Positions 51,901-64,000 of a stretch of 64,000 nucleotides of DNA are shown here, piece by piece. This stretch comes from Takakia lepidozioides. Lineage: Eukaryota > Plantae > Bryophyta. Below the pieces are notes generated by a model. It searched no databases. It saw only the letters and a list, made by a program, of their open reading frames with translations, and was not told the DNA's origin. The first letter of the stretch is position 1. Each line of letters begins with the position of its first letter. The DNA lies in contig CM060731.1 of NCBI GenBank assembly GCA_030704615.1, forward strand, positions 44,206,001-44,270,000, in the 5' to 3' direction. Made by a program: the position numbers and the translations under genes.

Positions 51901-54900
51901 TGATCTCTGCATCGTCATAGGTGGACATGGATAGCATATTCAATTGGAGATTTGTTGGTTTCAAGATGATGGATTTCTGTTGATCAAAAGCTGCGTCCCC
52001 TTCTTTTGGCGCAAGATACGATCGTCGAGAAAGAGCATCTGGTTTTCCTTGAAAATGTCCGGGACGGTAGGTAATAACAAAATCAAACATTGCTAGTGAC
52101 ATACTCCATCTCGCTTGACATCGATTCAAAACACGAGCACTCATAAAATACTCGAGGTTTTTGTGATCGGTGTAGACAGTGACCTGATATTTAGCCCCCT
52201 CTAATAGATGACGCCACTCCTCAAAAACATCGATAATCGCTAGAAATTCTTTGTCATGGATTTCATAATTGATCTCCGCAGCAAAAAATTTGCGAGAACG
52301 AAAACCAACAGGGTGAAGTCGACCATCCGTATCGTATTGAGAAAGTATTGTGCCAAGCGCAAAGTATGATGCATCTGCTTCCAAAAAGAATGGTTTAGAT
52401 GGATCTGCATGTACCAGTATTGGAGCCGTTGCAAATGTCTGCTTCAGTCTTTCAAATGCTTGGTCAGATTTCTCGTCCCATACAAATTTGTCATTCCTTG
52501 TGAGTCGTGTCAATGGTACAGCAATTTTGGAGTAGTCCTTGATGAAGATTCTATAGAAATTTGCAAATCCTAGAAAACATTGTATATCTCGGACCGAAGT
52601 TGGTTTAATCCACTTGATGATGGTTTGTATTTTCTTCTGATCCTTAAAGACTCATTGTCGGAAATAATGTAGCCCAAAAATTTGACTTTAGATTGGTGGA
52701 AAAGACATTTTTTCAACTTAACATATAGTCATTTTTCCCTCAATTTATCAAGGACAAGGCGTACATGACGACCATGTTCTTCTTCATTATATGAAAATAT
52801 CAAAATGCCGTCCAAATAGATGACTACAAAGTCATCTAAAAATTCTCGAAAGTTGTCATTAATCATGTGTTTTGTTGAAGCATTTGTAAGACCGAAAGGC
52901 ACAACATTGTATTCGAAATGTCCGTACCTTGTGCGAAATGCAGTCTTCCATTCGTCTGCTTTCTTTATTCGTGCAAGGTTGTGAGCTCCTCTCAAGTCGA
53001 TCTTTGTGAAAAAATTTGCTCGTCCAAGTTGTTTAAGGAGTTCGAAAATCAACGGTAGTGGGTAACGATTTTTTATAGTGACTTTGTTGAGTACACGATA
53101 GTCCACACACATGCGTAACAATCCGTCTTTCTTCTTCACAAATAAGATAGGTGCTCCCGTGGGTGATTTCGAATGTCGAATGAAATTCTTTGACAAATTT
53201 TCATCAATGTATTCGCGTAAAGCAACCAGCTCCGTCTAAGATAAATTATAGATTGGGCCGGTGGTTGGGCTCATTCTTGCAACTCAATTGCACAATCATA
53301 AGGTCGATGTTCTGGCAACATGTCTGTATTTTTCTTCTCGGAGATATCTTTGAAATCTTGATATTGAGTGGGTAATGTCGAAGTACCTTAGTCTGTTATG
53401 GTCTTGATCGGAGTCGCATAAAGAGCAAATGTCGCGTCTTTCTTTGTAGCTTTCATGAAGACTCTAGCTCCAAGAAACAGGGGTTGAATACCTTTGATAC
53501 TTTTGCATTTTTGTTTTGCCGAAATTTTCGTGATCGCCAGTCGATGTCAGGATTATAAAGTACAAACCAGGGAAGTCCAAGGATCACAGGATTTGTTGGA
53601 GACTGGATGACATTGAAAACAATCTGTGATGCTTGATTTTTAAGCTTAACTTCAAGGGGTCGAGTTTTATGGTCAATGTTTCCTGATGCTAACGGTCGTC
53701 CATCGATGACTTCAATAGGGGCCGGGAATTTCTTTCTTGCGAGCATTAAATTATGTTGTTTCGTAAAGTCTTTGTCAATAAAACACGCTGAAGCGCCCGA
53801 GTCCAAAAGTGCTTCTACGGAGATATCTCGATTTTGCATCCTGATCTTTACTGGAACTGTGAAACAAGGTACAGGGTCTGGAGGTAGAAAAAGACCTTTT
53901 TGTTTTTAGGAATTTGGGGTGTCCAGCCGCATGGTCCCTACTATGACTGGACATCTTCGTTTTCCGACCTCCTCGTATCGAACACTTGAGTTGTGCCCCG
54001 AACTTTGAATCTTATCTTGTTGGGGCAGTTTAATGCTATATGATCATCTTCTCCGCAATAAAGGCATAATCCATTCGAGCGTCGTCTTTGTTTTTCTTGT
54101 GGCATCAATGGATTTAATCGGACAGCATCAATCTGCATATGATCATTACCGGATGTCTGATGGATCGTTGTGTTTGGTGCCGTAGTAGCAACAGCATGGT
54201 GCGTCGTCGACCATCCATATCGTTTCTCTTGACGTCTTTCGAACAAACGATTATCGCATGCAATGACTTGGATGATGAATTTGCTCAGTGTACTCACGTT
54301 TGGCATTGTCAGCAACAAATCTTTTACATCATTTTTTAGGCCACATCGAAACTGACTAATGAGGCTCTTCTCATTCCAGTTGAGGTCACACACAAGTTGT
54401 CGAAATTTGGCAGCATAAACGGAAGCAGAACGTGCCCTTGACGAAGATTTCGCATCTTTATTTCTGCAACTTTCTCTCTATTATTCTCTCCAAACGTTTT
54501 AGTGAACTCGGACATGAACGCTTTAAAATTTATATAGTAAATACATTTTTTTCTCTAATATCGGTGCAAACCAAGATAGGGCAGTGCCTGATAGAAGGGT
54601 GCCCACGAATCCCACTTGAATATCTTCATCAGGGTAGCGTTGTGGATGTAGTCGTAGAAACAATCGTACTTGTTAAACAAAACCTCGAAATCTTGATCTC
54701 GTCCCATCAAATTTCTCGGGCATGCTGACCTTTGGTTCCCTTGTAATCTGTTGAAGATTTGGAGGAACTGTTGCAGTAGGAGTTGTTGTAGTAGGGACTC
54801 GTAAGGTTGAAGATTCATTGTTCGACTCCTTCAACTCTGAAATTTGTTGTTGCAAATTGTTGAGAGTGTTGCCAAGATCTTGAGACTGATCAGCTTGTAG

Positions 54901-55912
54901 TTGGGCAGTAAATGTACGAAGTTCTTGCATCTGGAGCTCAAGACTCTGCAAGGTGACGACCATTTCCGCAAATGTATCTTCCATCTAATTAACTAAGGAA
55001 CAAACTTTAGTCTCGTCAAATTGCCAAGGACGAGAACATGACTGACCACAAACAAGAGATCAGACTAGAGGTACAAGACTAGACAAGAAGTCAAGATCGG
55101 CGTGGCCGAATGCATGATGAGTAAACGTGAATCAAGATGATCTTTATAACAATGGACAAGAGTACAAGATATTGGAACTCGACTTGAATACTGGAATGCT
55201 GGAAACTGGACTAGAGCACTGGGAATTGGGCTGGAGTACTGGAACTGGAAACAAGAGTAGCTTAAACTGGTGTCGGCGAGACTGAAGAGTGTCCAGTCTC
55301 GCCTCCTATATATACTGGCTCTAGGAGGTTCCCTAAGAGGCTTCCCCCATTGAGGTTTCTTGATGGAGAAGTTTCCTTAAACAAATGAGGTATCTTGATG
55401 GAGAAGTTACTTCCAAAGGAAGCTTCCTGAGCAGTTTCCCAAGTTACTCTCGGTAATTTGATAAACTCCCAGTAACTTGGTAACTCATGGTAACTCATGG
55501 TAGATAAATCATGATAACTTCCGGTAACATGGTAATTTGATAACTCTTGTTATTTACTCCTGGTAAGTTCTTTTGGGCTATGTCCGTGACAAAAGGCGGG
55601 AACGAGTGGCCGCCCGACCCTTTGCCACTGAAACCCTAAATTCTTTGTCCTTAAAAAATCTCTTGGTCAATCGTTTTTGCATACACATTCCTGACATGTG
55701 GGGCCTTTCTTGGCACCAAAAATTTCCAACATAGGTTCAGACCTGACAGAGTTACAACCTCCAGAAAATCCAAAACAGCCTGTTTCGGGCTTCACGGACG
55801 TTTAGGGGCTAATGTTCTCTGTTAACCAGGAAACCAAATTAACTCCTTGTTTCTTTGAACGCAACTTCTAAACTTCTATCTGTTTGGTCAAGTACTGGTC
55901 TATAGTTACACA
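48935..55912. mobile_element. Putative solo LTR (48935-49213 + 55592-55912) interrupted by the chromovirus
   Basis: TG...CA ends with flanks AGGAT/AAGAT. Removing it rejoins an integrase-like GHSY.CVLA reading of the older gypsy. Confidence 0.45.
49214..55591 (-). mobile_element. Full-length degenerate Ty3/gypsy chromovirus (Tcn1-like); LTRs 55022-55591 (5') and 49214-49766 (3')
   Basis: TG..CA LTRs, TSD AAAGG, PPT (GAGGAGGGGGTGA). gag has zinc knuckle CLYCGEDDHIALNC; protease LLDSGA, RT (YLDG), RNase H (EADAS), integrase and chromodomain EYEVDEVLDSR follow. Confidence 0.95.
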
Positions 55913-58830
55913 AAGATAGCTATGACCATTTAACGTGAGAGCAAGAGGTCCCACCAAGTCCAAACCAACATAGGCAAAAGCAAGTGTGTCACAGACAAAG
56001 GTTGCAAAGTTCATAAATGACCCCTACCCTAGGAAGTACAAGGTTAGAGCGACATGCCTTACACTTGGAGCCATAGGATGTCACATCTTGAATCCCCTTC
56101 CAATAATACACTTCTTGAATACGGGCAATAGTCTTCTTGATCCCAAGATGGCCTACATACAAAGAAGAGTGAAATCGTTCCAATAAAGTATCCAACTGGC
56201 TCCGTGGTGGTACCTCCATGTAGCAAAGACTTCCGTTCTTAGTACATTCCTTGAAGAGTTGCCCATTCGTGCAACGATGAGTGTCAACATTATAAAGCAC
56301 TTGCTTTCTCAATTCTCAGGAAGCCCTACAGATGAACGTCCATTCAACTGACATCGATGGAATAGCGCTGCATGCAGTTGATCATCCATGATAGTACTAC
56401 ATAAGCGAGGTTCAATGGGCTTTAGCAAGGGTGGACTGGGGTGCTTGCCTCATGTTATCTCCAGCCACTAAATCAATGACTCATGGGAAGGCTAATCAAG
56501 CCTTGAAGCTCTGCCAAAATCCACGCCGGAATACAGCAGTAGATACACCAAACCAGATCCAAGGCTGAAAAAGATAAGCAAAGACAAGGAAAGAAACAGC
56601 AGCCCCTATTAAGGCTTTAGACATGAGAGCCACTACTCATACTAGCACCAAGGGACTTAGCCATGATCATCCAAAAGGCTAGACCAGCCCCATGCAATCT
56701 CCAAGTTAGTAGGAGATTCAAGTAAAAGAGGCTGCTGATTAACACATAAAAGGTTAAGAACAGGGCCTGGTTCCCTAGGACAACCCATGTCAAGAGCAAC
56801 CAAGTCATCCAAGGTGATGATAGACTGACCTCCATGTGGCTACCAAGGCTCAACCCGAGTAAGAGCATCGGAATTCTCCTTCCCTTTATTGTACACTGTA
56901 TTAAGATCAAACTCCTGTAGGAACATAGTCCAATGAGCTAATCTACCATGCAACACACGAGGATGAAGCAAGGCCTAGTTAGACTCGGAAGGTGATCAAT
57001 TTCAATAATGAATTTGTTGCCATGAAAATACTGCCTCGAATGCTTCACACCAAAGATCAGAGTCATCCATTTCTTGTAAGTAATAGAATAATTCTTCTCA
57101 TGTTTGTCAAGCTTTCTTGAGGCATAGGCAATGACATGCTCTTTGCCTTCCACAACTTGGTGTAAGATAGCAGAGATGGCTATGTCAAAAGCATCAGTTT
57201 GCATTTTGAAGGGCAAATGGAAGTTTGGAAACATAAGGACAGGAGCAGTACTAGTGAGATCAACCTTCAAATGACCAAAGACAACTTGCTGAAGTACCCC
57301 ATTCAAAGCAAACATCCTTAGGCCAGTAACTTGGTCAAGACAAAAGCAATCATGGCAAAGTTCTTGATGAATCTACGATAGTAGGAAGCTGCCAAGCTAA
57401 TGAAAGATAAATGACACAATGCAGCTTGTCCTTAGGAATGGGAAACTTCGGCCACACAACTCGGAGTTTCTCGGGATCAGGTTTCAGACCGTCATTGGAT
57501 AAGACATGTCCTAGGAAATGTAATTCAGGCATGCACAACTCATACAGCTTGATTTTTGAACCAGCAGATTTCAGTTTGTTGAACACACGTTGTAAGTCCA
57601 GATGATAACTTCAAAGGTGGTTGAATACACATTGATGTCATCAATGAAGATGAGGGCATGCTTGCATCTCAGGTTACCAAGAACAATATCCATAAGGTGT
57701 TGGAAGATAGAAATAGCATTGCATAGGCCAAAAGACATAGTCTCATACTGATACTACCCATCCTACAAACAAATGATGTTTTGTCATTTGCTTCTTCTGT
57801 CAATGGAACTTGCCAAAAGCCAGAGCCAGGTCTAAGGACGAGAACACAGTGGCCCTATACAACATGTCTAGTGTCTCATTGATCCAAGGAAGATGATAAG
57901 CATCCTTCTTCGTAACTGCATTAAGACGTTTAAAATCCACACAGAAGCGAGTGCTTCCAATATCTTTCTTCCCGACTAGGACAATGGGACTTGCTCCTGG
58001 AGAGACTGATGGCTTAATCACCCCTGCATCAAACATCTTCTTGATCTCCTTGTACATTATGGTCTTCTCATTCACACTCTCACAATAGGCATATTGCTTG
58101 ACATGTGCACCTTCGATCACTATGTCATGCTACAAAATAGAGGTCTTCCCAAGGTCAAAAGCCCCTAGGCTGAAAACATCAAAGTTGCGAGCAATCAAGG
58201 TTTCTACTTGTCTACTCTGACCATCATCTAACAGGGGATTGAGCTTGATCCCACCAAGGATCACCTTGGCAAGGTTCTTTTTCTCTTGCCCATTGAGTTT
58301 GGTCTTAAGGCTCAATATGACAGGAACAGAGTTGATGGAAAAGGCAATGACCAGATCAGCTTGATCATGGACGATGCCCAAGGCTTCAAGACCAAAACTA
58401 GGTTGCACTCCACCAATGTCAACAAATATGGGACAGGTTGAAATCCTAGCTAACACTTGTCACTGGAAAGCTATAATTAGGGTTGGTCACAAGGACTAGT
58501 TTGACCTCTTCCTTGTAACTCTATCAATGATCCCAGTGGCGACAAGGCAATGCTTCAGGGCTGTAAGCCTACACCAGCCATCTACTTCTAAGTAGTGGCC
58601 CTTAGGAAAGCCAAATGCGTCTTGACCACCTTTTGGCACATGAAGGGAATAGTACACAGGGGGCTCTGATCAAGGTGCTGTTTTTCTGAACCACAATGAG
58701 AGCCCATGATCTCTGACCAGAATTGGGCACATGCCATTCATATATCAAAGCATGATCTGGTTTGTACTTGTAAAAATCCAGCCAGCTCATGTTGTCATGG
58801 GATTTTTGTCTTTCCTCCCTTACCATTATT
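55913..58830 (-). mobile_element. Older degraded Ty3/gypsy pol (RT, RNase H, integrase)
   Basis: SPIVLVGKKD..RFCVDFKRLN..KDAYHLP; QTDAFDIAISAIL..VIAYASRKL; H...GHLGIKKT..RI..YYWKG; GLDLVGPL. Confidence 0.85.
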
Positions 58831-59104
58831 TGAACATGATAAAGATTGGGTGATTGCAGCCTAGAATGTCCATAATGCGACATGATCACGAGTACATGAG
58901 ATGTCCTTAAGTTGGCGCGAGTTTTGAAAAATATTTTTTTTGACCGTCGGATGAAGTTGATCCAGACCGTCGGCCAAAAGTACCGTGTCAAAACAATATG
59001 GGCGGGCTTTTCAAAAATAAATAATAAAAACAAATTAAAATAAATTAAAAATAAAAATATTCTCAAATCTAATTCATCTATGCCCTCAACCTATGGGAAA
59101 TGCG

Positions 59105-60240
59105 TGTTTTTTGTGAGAGAGAGAAGACTCCGGCCATAGCCGGCGTAACTAAGAGCCATTTCGCCTTACGGCTACTGCCCCCTTTCGGGGGTGGGCCCTA
59201 TAATAGGAAGGGTGTTCTGCGGGACACCAGGTAACCAAGGAGAGAGAGAGAGGGAAGAGCTACTATGAACCCCCTGAGTTCCCAGGGGGACCCAAGGTGC
59301 ACTAGAGGGGCTAGCTTTGAGTTGGTGTTTGTTGGTGATGATGGCTGTTAGGGAACGGAGTGCTGTAAGATGGATTGCTTTGAAACATTGATGGATTGGG
59401 AGAATGGGTATTTTAAAGTTATCATGTAAATCATTGATACTGGCATTGTGTATGCCGCCTCGGGTTCCGGCAGTGATGACTGTGAGTGGGCCAGTCTTCT
59501 ATCCTTGTCGACGAATTGCAAGAATGAGTGGGGCGTATTTTTGTTGTTTTTCCAGGATTGAATCGTGGGGGTATCGATCATGGCAGAATGTAAACTCGAT
59601 AAAGTGGATGATGAGCTACGGGGATGGTGAAGTAGGTGGCGAGGCTTGAACGGGTAGTCCCTGGATAATGAGTATGTCTGGGCAGAGACGGGCGGGGCAT
59701 GAGCAGGGTACTCGGGTGCATGTGCATGGTAGAAGCTATGGTGGTACAGTGAGGTCTGGTGGCCTCCCTTGGAAGGTACCGGCGTTAATGAGTGTGAACC
59801 AGCGGGTTTTGGCGCGTTTTGTGAATAGTTTGTGGAGATGCCAAACTGCTTGGTTGTGTCGGGTGATATGAAGACCATGGATGACCGGGTGTGTGCACTG
59901 GCTCAAGGGGTGCGGCCACGTATCACGTGCATTGTGAGTTGTGGAGCATAGTGGGCAGTAAGGTGATGGAAAAAGATGTGGCCAGAAGATGTGTTTGCGT
60001 TGGTGATCCATGTATTGGGCGTATCTGAATTTAAGTGTCTGGCGGATTTGTGCATCAGTGGTAGCTTTGGTGTGCCAGAAGTGGTTCGAGAGTTTGTGGT
60101 GTAATACCTCGGATTGGGTCCATTTTTGAATATGTACTTTGGTATGACCGATAGAGGCGGCGGCCTGTTCGTTTGCTTCATGAGTGAGGGTGTTTTTGGT
60201 GAAGGAAGTTCTTGTAAATGGGGATTTTTAGGGGGGTTGG
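59105..60240 (-). mobile_element. 5'-truncated RLE-type LINE (Dualen/RandI-like) with structured 3' end
   Basis: CPLC..DTWPH.LSQC zinc knuckle, RHNQAV, PDILIIQG, FIEFTFCHDR, KQQKYAPL, VITAGTRG. TAG stops at likely Trp codons. Confidence 0.75.
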
Positions 60241-60813
60241 ACGTGCGACCCTCCCAACATCGCTTTAAATCGTCGCAATGACTGCGATGCCCAAACGATA
60301 CAGGCGCATGGGGAAAAAAAAAAAACAAAGAAAAAACATCGTTATTTATAAGCGACGGAGGTCGCTATTATTTTGTTTTGTTTTGTTTTATTGTATTTTT
60401 ATCTCTATGACTATTTGTGAGTCCGTCTTTGTTAGGTCATTATTTTTGGAATCGGTTCAAAAAATGGCGGGACACACTTGTCACGTAATATATGCCAACA
60501 TCGAATTAATGTCAAATCCAACCCATGAGCATATGTTTGCAAATAGTCGACATATATCGAGTTCCTAAATCATTCAACATGTTATTAGACAAATTTGAAC
60601 TCAAGACCTCTCGATTATACACATAGTAAGACACTTCACACTAACCAACATATCGGTTACAAAACTTACAAACAAACATATGATTTAATTGGACATATGG
60701 TAGTTCATGCAGACATCGGTTGCTCGTCGAGACTATCAAGTTATTTTACCACTAGTGTGAAACTAGCTAGGAAATAGCTAGCTTTTACATATTGACATTT
60801 GGGATTGGCCCAA

Positions 60814-63800
60814 GTGTCAATCCAGGGGTCAAGGCAGATTTAGGCCCTGGAGTGGTTATCTTCACGGCAAGCGCGAGAGGCTCATCTTTCTCGAGTTGAG
60901 CCTCACCGCGCCTAGCTATGGCGCCGTAGTGTGGATTCCCCATGGCGTGGGGTGCACTTGGCTTGACTTGTATTTGAGTGATGAGGTTATATATGCATGA
61001 GTTTATGCTTCAGATTTGTGAGCTCGTGCTTGTATTTTTCTTCTTTATCACTCGAGAAAGATGAGCTCGTATCTGTGAGTGCCAGATACGAGTTAGTTGT
61101 AGCACTTGTGGTTTTTGCTTGAGAATGAGAGAAACCAGGTTGTTATGCAAGGAGCACCGTGGAGCTCTTGGTTGTTAGAAGCGGAGGCGATGTGGGTTAC
61201 GAGGTGGTAGACCTTGGCATTCGATCTTCAGCTTCAGAGTTGAAAGCACCATACTGAAGGTAATTCCAGAGCACCTTGATGGTTTCAGATTGTGTACATG
61301 CATGAGCAAACACGATTGGGAAGAGGACTAGTCAAGAGCAGGTTATAGTGGCTTTGGTGGCAAAGCTGAGAATTGGACTTGTGAATGCGAGCTTTCATTG
61401 TGTGAAGGATTGCAAGACCAAGCGAAAGGGCTGATTTGGCTTGGGGCAAATCCGTGCACTTTGTGGAGTATGTTGAGAGTGGGTTTCAATCTCGAGCTTC
61501 AGCATTGAGAGGGCTCTTATCATGGCAATAGCAGGGCTGGAACAGGAGCTAAGAGGTGCGGCAAGGCCATGGAATGTGCACCTAGGGTTTCAGAGCTTGG
61601 AAGAAGAGCTCTTGCACCACAAGAGGAGTGTCTTGTGGTTGGAAATGTAAGCCTTAGGGTTTCAGGAGCTTGGCAAAGGCTGTGGAGTGCTTAGTCTTGT
61701 CTTAGAGAGCATCAAGGAGCCGAGGAGCCAAGATAGGGGGCTGATACCTCTTGTGTGACGAGGTTGCATGTGTGGAGCATGTATTCAGCTCATTGAAGCT
61801 TCCATCTTCAAGCTTGGAGGGCAAGCAAGGAAGAGGAAAGGGCTGACTTCCCTTATGTGAGGGCAATGCATGTGTGGAGCATGCTTTCGGCCTATTGAAG
61901 GCTTGTACTTTCAAGTTTGGGAGTGCAAGAAAGGAAGGAAGGGGCTGGTTTCCCTGTAGGGCATGCGTGGAGCATGCTTCCAGCCCGCTGAAGCTTGTAT
62001 TTTCAGGTTGGTGGGTGCAAGAAAGGAAGCAAAAGGGCTGATTCTCTTGTGGTGAGAGTGGGGCATGTGTGGAGCATGCCTTCAGTCCATTGGGCTTTTG
62101 TTTTCAAGCTTTAGAGAACTAGAAGAGAAGGTAAGGGGCTGATTTGCTCTTATGTGACAGTCCGACACTTGTAGAGCGTGTTCTTAGTTGGGGTTTCAAC
62201 CTCAAGCCTAGATAGAGCATGGCTCTTGAAGTGGCAGATGTAGGGGGCTGGAATAGGCTCTAAAACAGATGCTATGGCTAAGGAAAACGCTTGAATGAGT
62301 GCTCACAAGGGCTGGAAACCAGCAAGGCTTGGTTGTTTGCCATTGAGTTTAGTGGCGTGTTTGGGGAGTCTAAGTGAGAAAGAAGGCTTGGTTTGTGGCA
62401 ACCATCTTCCTCATGGCTTAGGGCTACTATTGGTGGTGTGTGGGAGCCGAAAGAGCAAGAATACCTTGCTGATTTCTTCACAGCCGCCATAGCTCGGTGC
62501 AAAGAAGCCTAGAGTCCAAGAGACACAAACCCTAGCTTGGCGTGGCTAAACCCCTTGGAGAAATGGCTAAACTACCATGAGTGGTCATGGATAGGGCTGT
62601 GAGGGGCTGTGACAGGCTGTTCCCTGTGGCTGTGACAGGCTGTGACACGTTGTGATGGGATGTGAGGGGCTGTGACAGGTTGTGGCAGGCTGTGACAGGC
62701 TGTGCCATGAGGCCTGTGGGGCTGTGAGGGGCTGTGAGGGGCTGTGACAGGCTGTGCCCAGTGGCCTGTGGGGCTGTGAGGGGCTGTGAGGGCTGTGACA
62801 GGCTGTGGCCTGTGGCCTGTGGGGCTGTGACGGGCTGTGACAGGCTGTGATGGGTTGTGACAGGCTGTGCCTGTGGCCTTTGGGGTTGTGATGGGCTGTG
62901 ACAGGCTGTGACCTGTGGGGCTGTGACCCTGTGACCTGTGTAGGGCTGTGACAAGCTGTGGCATGTGTGGGGCTATGACGGCTGTGACCAGTGAGTTGTG
63001 TGGGCCTGTGCTGGTCTGTGGTGGCCCGTGTTGACCTGTGGACGGCCGGTGCTAACTCGTGGAGGCACTGGTGGACTGCCTAAGGACTGGCATGTGGTCT
63101 TGAAGGCCGAATTTTGAAGCTCGTGGAGGGCGGTTTGAGGAGTATCTTCATGATATTCCCATGGTCATGCAAGTGAGGGAAGAGAGGAGAGGAAGAGTGT
63201 TGGGATGAGGGCATGCTAGGGTTAGGCATTGCTTTAGCTTCTCTTCCTCGTAGTTTCCACCCTCTCATTAGGCCAAGACCTTTCTATAGGTGGCGGCAAG
63301 AGTCAGTCCGGGATTGGGCTCGGATGTCCTTGCAGGAGCAACACCGTGGAGTTGTTTTTGGTGTTGGGGAGTTGTCGTTCTGATTTCTTGTGTTTGGATC
63401 CCCTCCATACCTGCATGCTTGATTGTGCGCCATGCTAGTTTTATGTGGGCGCTTGTTTTTATAGGTGATTGGTCCGGATTTGATCACCGGCCAGTCCTAG
63501 AGCATGCTGTCGATGGTGAGGCTGGGGTGATGACCAGCCAGACCATCATTGTTTCTCCTGTGGTGAGGTTGGAGGTGATGACCAGCCAACCATAGGAGTG
63601 CTTGCGGTGGATGCAGGTACAGGTGTAGGCTATGTTAGGAACCTAGTATTCCAAACCATAAGCCGCAACAAGTTCTCTACCCGGTGACCTTGTGGAGAGG
63701 GGGTTAGGGACATGTTCATAACCGGTTGAATGACAGTTTGTCAACATGGAGGTGCCACTAGTTGCTGGGAACAATGCCGGTTCGAGCATTAGCGATACTA

Positions 63801-64000
63801 GTGGGTATACGAGACGAGGTGTGCGGTTTAGGCCACCTTCACCTCCTGTGTCTTCTACGGAATGTTCTAATTCGGATTGTGAATCAGGATGACTTATACC
63901 GGCGGTGCAAGTTGTTTCCTTGCCATTGTTGTGGGACACAATGGAAGAGATGTACGGAGCTATCAAGGGGCCACGAAGGTACTATGGGGCGGTGGGCACC
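60814..64000. repeat. LTR-retrotransposon-like repeat region (non-coding, G/T-rich)
   Basis: Starts with TGT and is homologous to ~1140-1270. It has ~120-bp tandem units (61740-62100). No recognisable protein domain. Confidence 0.4.
62590..63000. repeat. GCTGTGA(CAG/GGG) ~10-bp minisatellite
   Basis: Dozens of degenerate ggctgtgaca/ggctgtgagg units. Confidence 0.9.

Noticed and set aside
62532-62964. Pro/Thr/Ser/Gln-rich ORFs
   Set aside because: These are a by-product of the minisatellite.

Overview
Eukaryotic nuclear DNA from a seed-free land plant, most likely a bryophyte. This is inferred from PLS-DYW PPR genes, a Tcn1-like chromovirus and Dualen-like LINE remnants. Three spliced genes look intact: a CYP71-clan cytochrome P450 (12390-14478, +), an SFT2/GOT1-family vesicle-transport gene (19605-21932, -) and a Yip1-domain gene (24092-26580, -). 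Pseudogenes or fragments of CKX, an AAE3-like acyl-CoA synthetase and an F-box/kelch gene are also present. The rest is densely nested transposons: MITEs, CACTA, a MULE-like transposase relic, gypsy elements, RLE-type LINE remnants and SINEs. The standout is 33791-45614, where two head-to-tail, non-autonomous Helitron/Helentron-like units sit in a (TA)n tract of a CACTA element; an empty-site paralog of that tract is in the window. The units have sub-terminal inverted repeats and GNA-triloop hairpins. Their cargo is a shuffled mosaic from an unusual gene type: an OSB-type 'PDF' ssDNA-binding motif fused N-terminally to PLS-PPR-E-DYW RNA-editing domains. All calls come from manual reading and translation; no database searches were run.
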